NCBI GenBank assembly: GCA_009914755.4
Contig: CP068257.2
Location: forward strand, 36,288,001 to 36,352,000
Length of the DNA stretch: 64,000 nt
From: the human T2T-CHM13v2.0 reference genome, Homo sapiens
Direction of reading: 5' to 3'
Made by a program: the position numbers and the translations under genes. Shown here piece after piece: positions 1 through 12,255 of this stretch (the stretch's first letter is position 1; every line of letters starts with the position of its first letter). Under the pieces are notes generated by a model. The model was given only the letters and a program-made list of their open reading frames with translations, ran no database searches and was not told the DNA's origin.

Positions 1-969
1 AATTATCTTCACTTACTTAGAAGTTCTATACTGACCCACACTTATCACTATACTGAAGTAGTGGGCTGTGCCATAAAGGTTAAGTTCCACATAAACCCCA
101 TTTTATTTTTTTACTATAGACTCCTTGTTTTCATGGGGTCTCCATTCATGCTGTTTGGGAGCCAGGCTAAATTCCCAGTGACTTCTATCAAAGCATAAGT
201 GAGTTTTACTTCATGGGCAGAGAGAAGGTTTGTAGTTTGACAGATATGGCTGAATGACTAGGAGATGAACATCAAGCAACATTGTTTTTGCACAGGAGAA
301 AAAAAGGAGTCTTGTCTACTCTCTGCTCCAGATCACAAAATAAAATGGTCTCATCATATTCAGGATGAACAAGTTTCCCATTCACAGCAAATCCCCAAAA
401 ACATGCTCTTAAACTCTGCCAGCCAAAACCTTGCACATGAAAGTGACAAGACACCACAGCCCCTATCTGGCTGCTGCAGCAGCTCACCTAGCTCTCTGCC
501 CAGCACCGCTATTTATTCACTGGAACAACCTCAACACTCTGCGCCTGGACTGCAGCCACGTGCGCTCCCTCTGGCCCATGCAGTGTGGTGTGAGAGCTTT
601 CTTTGGGTGGAATCCATCATCAGCCTGCTCTCTTGGCTCATGAGTGATTATCTGCTCTCAGCACCACTGATGACACTAAAGCAGGTCCATTTTTCTATTA
701 CTCATTTACTGCTTCACACATGCTTAGGGCTTCTTGCCTTCTGATCAGTGTCCTAGCTGTGTGTCCTAATCCCAGTATTTAACTCTGTCTTGCTCATGAC
801 TGCCAGATTAAAATTCCTGTATTTCCTCCCACTTGCCCCCAATCAAAGCAGTCACTTTTCCAAGAGCTATGAGCTCATGTACCATGCCGATGCGTGGCGC
901 TCTGATTTCCATGGTGTGGTAGACCATACCCCTGCCTGATCAATCCTCATTGCCAATACACCCTATATA

Positions 970-1010
970 TATGTAATGGCAAAACCGCAATTACTTTTGC
1001 ACCAACCTAT
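970..1010 (-). mobile_element. MADE1/Hsmar1 (mariner MITE) half-element: one terminal inverted repeat
   Basis: Sequence aaaaccgcaattacttttgcaccaacctat is the reverse complement of the MADE1/Hsmar1 TIR TTAGGTTGGTGCAAAAGTAATTGCGG. Only one TIR is present. Confidence 0.5.
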
Positions 1011-4000
1011 AGGTGGGTTCCTCATAGGAAAGCCCTCTTTCTCCTGGGAAAACCTTACTAAGCACCAAAACGCTACTGTTCTTCCAAGACTCCTTCACAT
1101 TTCCCCACATCCCTGGATGTTTTCTGCAGATACCAGCCCTTATTAATGTTCTCCTCCCTCACTTAAACTCTAGCACCATTCTCTTGTGTAATGCTATGCT
1201 TCTTTGTGTACATTATTGTTTCATCAATACTCTCATTTTCTAAGTTTAAGGCCTCTGGGAACTGAAGTCAGGGCATTTTTTTCTCTATGTCCCCTTGTCT
1301 TCTTTAGGTAGTAGGTACTTAGCAGAGATTTGTCAACTGACTAACCCAAGAAGCTAAGACAATTCTGGACATAGCTATGAAGCGCCAATTTCTGGCAATA
1401 TGAAGGTGGTCAGGAGATGTTTAGAATGAAAGTAAATGTTATATAGTTATAACTCTTCCTCACTTGACTGCATGAAGGTCTGCTGTGATAAGCCCTCTAT
1501 TCAATTTTCTTAATATGGCTTTTCTCAAGAGTACAACATTCTTATTCACTGATAGCATCTTTTATTTAAAGGATAATAAATGAGACTATTAATTTTGAAA
1601 AGAACAAATAAACTTCAGGATGGATTAACTATAATTCCAAAATACTAAGCAGTTTATTTAAATAACCTGCATAACAGAGAAGCCCTTGCTTTGTGCTCAT
1701 AATCTTTGCAACTTAGTGTGATCATGAGTATTTTTTCTGATGGACCAAAAGCTTTTTGTTTTTGCTGTTTTTCCCCCCTAGACACTGAGTCCAGGTTAAA
1801 TCTGCCTCTGCAGTGGGCATTCTGGCATTCCATTTCTAGTTGTGACCCTACCTGGCTCTTGCATGAGCCTGGACTTGGAGGTCTCTATCGTGGGAAGAAG
1901 GCTGTGAGAAGGGGCATTGTGTCTGGGTTCCTCCTTAAAGCAGATCTGAGGAAAACCTAAGCCAGTAGCTCCCACCCTTTAGAGTGCATCAGAATCCCTG
2001 GAGGGGATGGGCAGATGATTGGCCCTGTCCTCAGGGTTCCTGATCCAGTAGATCGGGGGGTGAGCTTGAGAATTTGCATTTGTAGCCAGCTCCCTGGTGA
2101 TGCTGCTGCTGGTTCAGGGACACACTATGGGAACCACTGACCTCAGCTGACTTTCATCAGCTCTGATGCCTCCTTTTGTCCACAGAGACCCCCAACAGTG
2201 GCCAGTCAAGGAGACATGTGGAGTGTGGGCTTGGGCCCAACACTCCTTGAGTGCTGATTAAAAAAGAGGGCCACCTAATGCGGCCTCTCTTCCAATGACA
2301 ACACATAATGTCATAGGTTCTTTATTTGCCGTCCTCTTTCTGCCCTCTCTTTATATGCTTTACTACTGTGGGCCCAGCCACCCCAGGAGGGCTAATGAAA
2401 ATTTAAGAGGGTGAATATGTTTAGGGTATTGACTGGTGAGACCTTGGGAGACAGCTGAAGAGGAAGGAATCTACCCCATTCGTTGCCATTATTGAAACTA
2501 GATTTCTTGAGAGGAGGAATTATATGTTAGTAGCACTATATTTTGCACGTTAGAGATGTCTAAAAATCTGAAGTGTGCTCTGCCTAACTCGTCATGGAGT
2601 CTTGGCTCTGAAAATGTTGTAAGGTGATGCAAAAACCTCCGAAGAGAGATTTCATTCCTTGTCTTTTGACTGAAGGTAGTGTGTTGACAACAAAAAGCAA
2701 GGGTAAAGCTTTTCCATGAGCAGTGAGTCCTGTACCCTTCCTCTTAGTCATGTGATGCTGCTTAGTCATATGATTACTGCATTCCAGACCTGCTCTCATA
2801 GACACAAGGTTCGTGTAGGGACTGAGATATCATTTTTGGTTAAATGTGATTCATTTTTTTTATAGAGAAATGATGGCTCCCTCAGTCATAAAGCAATGGC
2901 CCCATAGAGTGGTGAGGTCCAGTCTGATTTGTTGACTGAGCCTGAAGGGCATCGCTTCTCTCATAGCCATTAGAAGTGCTCTGTGTTGCAGAGACTTTGA
3001 AATACATACACTCCAACCCCAGTTCCTAGCTCTCTCAGCTTCTTTATGCTTCTAGTGACAAAGAATTCAGAGCTGTGTAAATGCAGAGAAGACAGATCAC
3101 ATTACCTCTGCCCCGCTCTGACTACTGAAAATGCTTTCTTATATTGAACCAAAATATGTCACTTTGTAGCTTCCACTGCTGGGTCCCACTTTTATCCCTT
3201 AGAGCCCAGCAGAACAATTATAATCCTTCCTTCATCTTCAAATATCAAGATACCTGAAAACAACTATCATGCCTCCTCCCCCACATATTCTCCAGGGAAA
3301 ACACTCCTAATTCTTTCATCTACTCTAATATTACATGGTTTGGACTCAGGTACTGTCCTGCCTATTCCCTTCTGCACATAGATTGTTGGATTATATCCCT
3401 TTTAAATTGAAATGATTGAATGTGGCAGTGAAATAAATCCTGTCCTCAAAAACATTCTCTTCATTAAACAGAAGTTCCACTATGAGACATTATTTACTTT
3501 GGAATGGCAAGATATTTGAAGAGGTCAAGAGTTTTCTAATCCAGTATTACTGCCCCATGGAAGGATTAACATGCATTACTGGTATTTACTGTTTCATTTT
3601 GATAATGTTTTCCCCTGCATGAATGTATGTGGCTGTGATATCTGAGTTAGGGAAATGGAAACGATGTAAGAGAACCGGAAGTATTATGGATCACCACTCT
3701 GTTTCTTCTGGTTCTTCCTCTCATAGTCTTCTCAGATATTTCTCCCTGACATTTCTCTTTTCTAGGTTGTAAGTTTGGCATTAAAGCTGTTCTTTTGCTT
3801 CTAGTGAAAAGGTATGGAACTTAGTTTCCAAGTTTTCTCCTTGAGGGAAGCAGAGGTTCTCAAACACTGCTTACAAATTACATGGTCTATTTTCAGGAAA
3901 ACAATGACTATTAGTAGACTAATTCAACCTAAACTTACAGCATGTATCTAGCCTATGGACATTTAGGGGATTTAAAACAAAATGCAAATTGCTAGTCAAC

Positions 4001-4826
4001 AGCAAGTGCCAGATATTAGAAGACAGCATCTAATTCTTCAGCATTCTTAGACACAATGTGGGTGTAATTGTCAAGATTAGAACATTGCTTTTGAGCATGG
4101 GTTGTGAAGTTGGCTTTTCTCCTTTGTGTCTACTTTAACAGATCAGCTAACAGAAATCAAACAATATGTATTTGCATCTCTTTTGTTAAGAATCATCTAC
4201 ACCTACTCCAAAAGTCAACATATCCCAACTAATTTATTTTAAAAAAATACACCACTAAAGAATGATTCAAGGGCACCAGGAAATATTGTCTCTACCAGGA
4301 ATCTTTTCACCACTGGGACAAATCATTTCCTCTGCCTTACTCTATCCTGATTCACATTAGCTGTATTTCTTTGCTGCCAGACATTTATATCGGGCATGCA
4401 TACCAAAGACTCCAGTGTGTTCACCCTACCAGTTTCCCTCCTCCTGGATATAGAGCTGAACTACAATTTGCAGCTGCTCTTGCAGTTAGGTATGACCATA
4501 GAATATGAATAGGAGTGATATACATTACTTCTAGGCCCGGATCATTAAAATCTTCTACATAATCATCTACTCTCCCTCTTTCCTTGTCTGCTAGTTGGAT
4601 ATCACCACTCAGCAGATCTTAGAAGCCATGTACTAAAGATGACAAAGTGTCCCTCAGCCTGGGTCCTTGTACGGCATCAACCAATTAGATTTATGTGAAA
4701 GAAATCTTCTATTTTGTTAAATTAGTGAGATTTAGATATTTTCTGTTTCAAGAACTTTCTAATTAATACAGTATACACAGGCTCATCAAGAACTGAAGTT
4801 AATGCCACATTGCAATAAATGAATAA

Positions 4827-5181
<355 letters not shown>

Positions 5182-8100
5182 TGTGCTAAGAACTTTACTT
5201 ACATTATCACATGAATCCTCATAACATCTCTGAGGTATATGTTGTTATTATTACTCTTATTGTTATTATTTTATGATAGGGAAAGCAAGGCATAAAGTTG
5301 ATTAAGGTCACATAGTTAGCATAGTGGATTATATTATTGCCTCCAATTATTCTCTTCCCTCTCTGAAAGATTAGATGTCTCTACCTGTTGCTGCACGGCT
5401 TGCAGTGCTTCACTGTGGGAGAAATATACATCTCCTTCCCATTGATCATTGACACTGATGTGACATGTGAATTGTCCGGTCAATGGAATGTGAGTGGATA
5501 ACTTGTGCCATGTCTGAGCAGAAATGTTAAGGGCCATTGCTTAACTTGGGAGTCTCCTTTTCCTCTGATACTGGGATAGAGTGTTCCAGACCAATTCTTG
5601 ATCTTGAATTCCAGAATGAAGTCACAGGAGCAGAGCCACAGCTGACCAGCAGAGGCATAGCGCTCCAGAGAATAATACGCCTTTGTTTTGTAAGCCACTG
5701 AGATGCTGGGGTTGCTGTTACTGCCCCAAACTTGGCAAAAATGGACAGATACACCTAGACCTTGATGCAGATTCAGTTAGTAAGAAACACCGGAGCCTGT
5801 GCTCTTAATCACGGAGCAACACCGCCTACCAAGCACATTGTCAAACTTGCACAAGTTCCTGCTAGATGATACAAGAGAAATTTAAAGCATCATGAAAAAA
5901 ATCAATTCTTATCCTGGATAAGAAAAAAGTAGATGTCTGTAAGTTTAAAGAGGAAACTGCCACAGGATTTAAACTTAATTTATAGATATGTCTCTCACAT
6001 TGCATATAATACCTTCAGATTTAGTCCCACAGAACAGTTGTTGGCAAGGACATGGATCTTTTTAGCCACAGATGCACTTTCTGGTTCCTTTTGTAAGGAT
6101 TTCATGTCGGAAACCACATCTCTGTGACTGGGAATAAGACCGGTGATACATGTTAGCCAAAATCTATTCACTAAAAGAATCACCAGTACTGTATGATTCC
6201 TGGTCCTAAGCACAGCCATACAGAAAAAATGAGAAGCATGAGACTCAAGGAGATAATGGGTTTAATCTGACTTGGATACATTTGTATAGACATAAATTAG
6301 TCACTTGGTTAAAATTTAGGGTTAACTTTACACATTGTAATTGGGAAAATTGATTGATGGCCTTACTGCATTCCATATAAAATCAGATCTGAATGACCAT
6401 TTGAACATTGCACACTGCACAAAATCATTCTCTGAGGTTTTGTTTAAACAATGATTCAATTTAGTAACAAATAAATAAATGAATATTTACAACTGATTAG
6501 CAGGTATGATTAGATCAAAGCTATAGTTTAGAGAGGATACAGACTCTTCTTTTAATGATGAGACCGCTCTTTGAGGAAAATAATTTCACTATTATTTAAT
6601 GTTATTAAAATGATAGCAAGTATATGTATATTCTAGTACTTTGCCAGAGGAAATTCAGAATACCATTAGAGCACTAACTGCAATTGTGATTATCTCTTCT
6701 TTTTATTGGAGCCTAATTATTTCTAGAAATAATTATTTAAAATGCACTTCAAAATGTATTTTTATCCTAAACAGCTACATTTTATTCTTCTATCTCTCCA
6801 AATACTTTCACTAAAATTAAAAAGAAAACTCTAACTCAACAAAAGTGTTTTGATGATTTTTCAACTTAACTGCCAATTTCCCCCTTACTGGTATTACCAA
6901 AGTTAATAATTTTGTAAAACTCCAGAGTGAATCAATTATCTTTTGGTACTTAAATGCCAATTATTGAAGATAAAATGAAGAAACAAGAAATGCCATCTCA
7001 ATAAGCTATAAATCCAAATTCACTGAATTTAAACATCTTAATTCCACCAAACTTAAAGTTCTAATACAATGAACTTAGAAAAACCAACCTCACTTTGAAA
7101 AGTATTGTCAGTTTAAAGCTGGTAGCAATAAGTAACTGCCTTTTCCCCTCACTTTCTTCTTTCCTCCTACTCTGCCTATTTCTGGTCCATTTCCATTTCC
7201 ATATTACTTACATATCATTTGATAAAGGAAGAACTGGTGAAAAAGAGAAGAGCTTCACCTTATCTGCCTGCCTTTCCATAAAGAGCATTTATCTTGTTTT
7301 CATTAAGGTTTACATGGTCAACATTAAACCCTTGAGAACAGCAACATTTTCTACCTGTGAAAATCAGTGAATGGGGTTAAGATTCCATAAGGGTATTTTA
7401 TTTTTAATCTCCAATGAATTTTTTCTATAACTTCTTAAATAACTATTCTAATTTTTTTCCCTATAAAGTAGAGGTAGACTGAGATGATAGGGAGGAATAT
7501 GAGACTGAATTAAAAGCCCTTCTATATTCTCAAGGAAAATAGTTCATGTAAGTCCTATGTATTAAATAAAGACCTGTCTCACACAAAGGAAAACATACTA
7601 ATGTTTAGGCAATATCTAGATGAGGTAACTATTGTTTAGGCAATACCTAGAAGAGGTATCAAAATGATTTTTTAAAATAGCAAAATGGAACCAAGTGAAT
7701 GGGGGCGAATTTTCACAAGTTGCTCTCCTTAACAAATCTTACTTGAAATGAGTAAACCAATTATTTTGGAGTATGCTATTGACTGAAAAGGGCATAGTGA
7801 CACTTTGTTAATCAATTAGCCACCTAGGAAGAAAGCAAGTCATAGTTCGGTGAATAAGCACTGAATATGTGAGCATGGAAACTACCAGAAGTAAAGATTA
7901 TTGACTGAACAATTTCATATACCTAGATTATTGACACTACCCCCCTTTTTAATTTATTAGAGAAATTGAACTTTAGAACTCAGAAATACATTACTTTGTT
8001 TATCTAACAGTCTATATTCTCGTATAGCTTCATCCTCATAATGAATGTCTACTTCCCTTCTGCTGATAATGTCAGATGGAACAAGGCCAAGGAACAGCTG

Positions 8101-9046
8101 CGTTGTTTAATACTCCACGTGTCACTTCTTCTGTCTACTTTAGGTAGCAACCTTTTCATAAACTAAATTATGGATAAACTTGTCAATACCTATCAGGAAC
8201 TGAAATGTAAGAAATAGTGTAATAACTCATCCTTTTGCTTAGGTTTGAAATAGATTGCTCTGTCTTCACTAGCAATCATTTGAAAAGACTGGAAGGTAGA
8301 AACACACTGCTTTAACCACATCCTGAGTGCTCAGCATGCAATATCTTTAGAAACAACATGTCACACTTGGAAAGCCCAGCAAGGAAAACCAGGATCATAT
8401 CTTGTTTACCATTAAAAATAACAAACCAGAACCAGCTCAAGACCTCATGCACAAGTGCATCCACAAAACAGGAAAGCAGCCAGGGATATTGTTGAAGCTT
8501 TATCAACATTTCCAACCAGTTGCCAAACCTTGACTGGGCTCTGCAATTCAAAGTATACCTTGTAACACCTGGATGGCACTCTGACAGGCATTCTATTTCA
8601 AATATGACTGTCACCTTCCTGTATTATTTTTCCTCTTCATATCAGTGACAGTTGTGGTGGTGGAGGACCTACTACCAAGGATGAGAGCAGGGCAAAGACC
8701 AGCTTCTCGTAAAGTGAGAGCAGAAGGGCTTGATGGACTTACCTGTTTTCCCTGTATGAATGTTGAAATGGAACTTGAATGGTAATAAATCCTCCCCTCC
8801 TGCAGTTTCTTCCTTGTTTGTATTAAGAGAAGTGACTCCTCTCGGTTTCCTACGACTGCAACCTAGGAAATGTAGCCACCTTGCTCACACGCAGGCTTGA
8901 AGATGTGATCACTGGCTCTCATCTTGCTAACAAACTCTCTCTCCTTTTCGGAAGCTCACCAGTGTTGTTTTGATTCCTTCCAGTTCTAGACCGAGAGGAA
9001 ACTATATCTCCACCCTCTTCAGTCCTAGGACCCTTAGAAAGAATTT

Positions 9047-9350
<304 letters not shown>

Positions 9351-9520
9351 ACAAACTTGGTTGGCTGGCCTCTCGCTGACCAGGGTGCTTCCACAGCTCC
9401 CTTCTGCCATCTATGCCCAACAAAAAGTTAAAGAGAAGAGCGTGAGAGGGCAAGGGATGCATGCTTTTGAAAGCCAAAGGGACTCAGCTGAAACTAGCAA
9501 CCCTCGTCAGAGGCGGATCG

Positions 9521-9522
<2 letters not shown>

Positions 9523-9565
<43 letters not shown>

Positions 9566-9580
9566 TGTGCGCGCGCGCGT
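9523..9580. repeat. (GT)~22 followed by (GC)~6, an alternating purine-pyrimidine microsatellite
   Basis: Direct reading: gtgtgt...gtgtctgtgcgcgcgcgcg. Confidence 0.95.
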
Positions 9581-9799
9581 CCTTTTTCTCCCCCTGAGGA
9601 CAGAATCCTGTCTCCACTCTCAGTTCAGCTCAGGTCTTTCCCTGTCCCAGTGTTCTTGATTCTGAATAGGTCCTCTGATGCACCGCCATGCATAAAATGG
9701 ATGATTTGCAAGCTTCTTTGCCTCACGTAATTCCGTGGGTAATTTGATATCCAGATTCTGCACGAGCCAAAGACTCATTTATTTATAGAAAGTGATTGA

Positions 9800-10190
9800 C
9801 CTCCAGCGACCAAAGGAGTGGGTACTGCTTGCTGGGGGCTGCAGACAGGTGAGGCTTCACCCTCGGCGCCTGGGCTCTGGCCTTGGTGCTGAATCCGGAA
9901 CCCGCTGAGGAACCACCACCTCGGCGGCCCCCAGGCAACTTTCGGGAGGTTTCAGGGGCACCCGGCCAGCTCTGGGCGCCCTCTCGAGCGTCGCCGTCAG
10001 GGAGTTGGGCACAACCGATGCCCTGGGACCCGCCACAGGGCACGCGGCTGGCGTATTCCTTTGCCTGGAGCCGGGAAAGTTTTGTCCAATTTTTTTCCCC
10101 TATAACTGGAGCTGCGGTCTCCCCTCCCACCTGGGTCGCCATGGAGACTCGAGCTCTTTTTCTTTCTCCAGGCAAAATGGGCGAAGCTCA
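9800..10190. promoter_or_regulatory. CpG island, block 1
   Basis: Sharp jump in GC content and dense CpG dinucleotides (tcggcgcc, ccggaacccgc, cgagcgtcgccgtc, gcacgcggctggcg). Flanked by AT-rich, CpG-depleted DNA. Confidence 0.7.
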
Positions 10191-11868
10191 GTTAGCTCAG
10201 CCCTGACTGTAGCAAGCCCTTTTTTCTCCCTAAGCAGTTCCTGGGCATCACCCTTTTCCGTTTCTTTTTTTCAGCAAAAGAAAGGCAGGCAGGGAACAGG
10301 GCTAGCAGGATGTGGCATTGCTCCCTGTACCGTAGGGCTCCCCGGGACCGACAGACTTTGGATAACAGCAGTTGGGAAACACTCTAAACATATAATACAT
10401 CTCCAACTCCCAAACACTGGAGTTGTGGGGTTTTTTTTTTTTTCTCTTCCTTTTTTTGGGGGTTGGAGGCGGAATTCTTTGGAAAATTCTGGTATTTTGT
10501 TTCTCCACTAACCTCACCCTCTGTGGCTGTTTCTATTAAGATATATTTTCCCCCTGACAATCTCTCCATATTGCACCTAGTACAACAGATGTACCTGTGG
10601 ATCCACTGGGCTTTTATTGGGTTTTGGGAATACTGATGTTATTTCACTTAAAAACTAATCCAAGCTTAATGTTTTGATGAAAATGAAAATATATCCACAG
10701 GGAAGCAAATATCCACAGCCACCCAGTCCTCTAAATGCCACACACATCTCATTTTATCTAAAGTGTTTTTTCTTCCCTTCCAATTACAAAATAATTCAGT
10801 TTACTCCTAGGAAGATCTTCCTATTCACTGTTTTTAGTCATGCTAGCACATCTTCGGTTTTAAGGATAGAGAACAGTTAGGAGTTACAGTATTCTGTTTC
10901 CCATTCTCCGCATGTTTCTCCCCAACCCTCACTTTTCCTCCCTTTCGTGTTGTCTCCTCTCCTCTCCATGCAAAGCAGAACAAGAAGACTGCCTTCCACA
11001 AAGACAATAGGCTTTTCCCAACTGTAAATGACTACATCACAAGCCGCACCTGTCAGTTAATCAGTGCATTTAAGTCTTTGCCAGCGGATGTTGAAATGAT
11101 GTCTGCAATAACTGACTGGGTTTCTGCGAGCCCAGGGATGCAGACCCCTCCTTCCCCCGCCCCCCGTGCGAGTTTCAGTCGCTAATGAAAACCGTATGAA
11201 ACAGATTCCCCTTCTGTTATGTAACCGGCTTCTCCCTCGCCTTTCGGCTGACTTGGGCACAATGTTTCTCATGAGAGTGGAGATGCCTGCGGCGACGGCG
11301 GAGCTGGGGAAGGGGACGCGGGGACCCGAGAGCACGGAACGCCTCGCCCAGGTGGACGCCAGCTCCTCGCCTGCGAGCAGCTCAGCGCACCGCTTACCTG
11401 GCTGCGGACGGGGTGGCTTCACTCAATCATGATCTCCTCTCTTGAAACGGAGCAAGACTGAACAATTCACTACACGACGGATGGCGAGGGAAGGAAATGC
11501 AAAAAAGAAAAGGAAAAGAAAAAAACTGGAATCAGATGGTCAAATTTCACATCAGCACCGAGAGGCTGTTAGGAGACTCCATTCTGCTCGCGGCTGCTCC
11601 GGCTCCAGGTCCGGCTTCCCGGCGTCCGCGGGTCTCCACCCCTCCGCCCGCCCAGCCTCTCCAGCCAGGTGCGGCCGTCTCCGGACTGGCTCCCTCTGGC
11701 CGAGCGCGGAGAGCAGGGCTGGGCGCTGGGGCCAAGGGAGGGGCGGAGGGGCGCGCGTTTGGGCAGGGACGGGGGAGGGAGACTGGGTGGAATGAAGTGG
11801 GGAAAGATAAGAGTGGCAGAAGAAAAAAAAAATCCCCGGTTAGGAGAAAAGTGGTGGACCACGCAGAG

Positions 11869-11877
11869 AGACGTCAT
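11869..11877. promoter_or_regulatory. Near-consensus CRE/ATF site (aGACGTCAt, 7 of 8 positions of TGACGTCA) inside the CpG island
   Basis: Direct reading: agagacgtcatgaa. The call rests on the motif alone. Confidence 0.3.
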
Positions 11878-11962
11878 GAAATCCGCAGATTCAATGAATG
11901 CTACTCAATTCCAGCCGACTGGCTGAGCCCCGCTGGCAGCGCACGAAGCGACGCGGCTCCGA

Positions 11963-11970
11963 GATAAAAG
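11963..11970 (+). promoter_or_regulatory. TATA-like element GATAAAAG inside the CpG island
   Basis: Direct reading: ccgagataaaagcgagtgcagcgcc. The call rests on the motif alone. Most CpG-island promoters are TATA-less. Confidence 0.2.
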
Positions 11971-11994
11971 CGAGTGCAGCGCCGCGTGCTGGGG

Positions 11995-12255
11995 AAAAAG
12001 CCGCACAGCGCCGGCGCGGTCCGGGAGGAAGGGGCGGGGGCGAGCAGGACAGAGCCACAGACCCAGAGACGCCCACCCCGCCGCCCATGCCAGCTAGCGT
12101 GTCAGCGCGTCGAGGACCGGGCTTGGTGGGGGCGGGCTGGGCACAAACCAACGTGCATCCCCCGCCACTGGAAACGTGGGTGCTCCATGCTGGGGGAATC
12201 TTTTGGGTTTCGGTCCCCGACCCCCCAGTCCCAACCTTTCTCCCAGTGCCACTAA
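11995..12255 (+). other. Putative first exon of an unidentified transcript, ending at a GTAAGT splice-donor-like site (intron would start at 12256)
   Basis: ctaa|GTAAGTtattcc at 12252-12261 matches the 5' splice-site consensus. It lies about 290 bp downstream of the TATA-like element inside the CpG island. No reading frame with recognisable protein similarity. Could equally be non-coding. Confidence 0.2.

Noticed and set aside
10141-10206. ATG in an excellent Kozak context (gtcgccATGGag) in CpG block 1
   Set aside because: The reading frame runs only about 22 codons to a TGA (METRALFLSPGKMGEAQLAQP*). Too short, and unsupported as a coding start.
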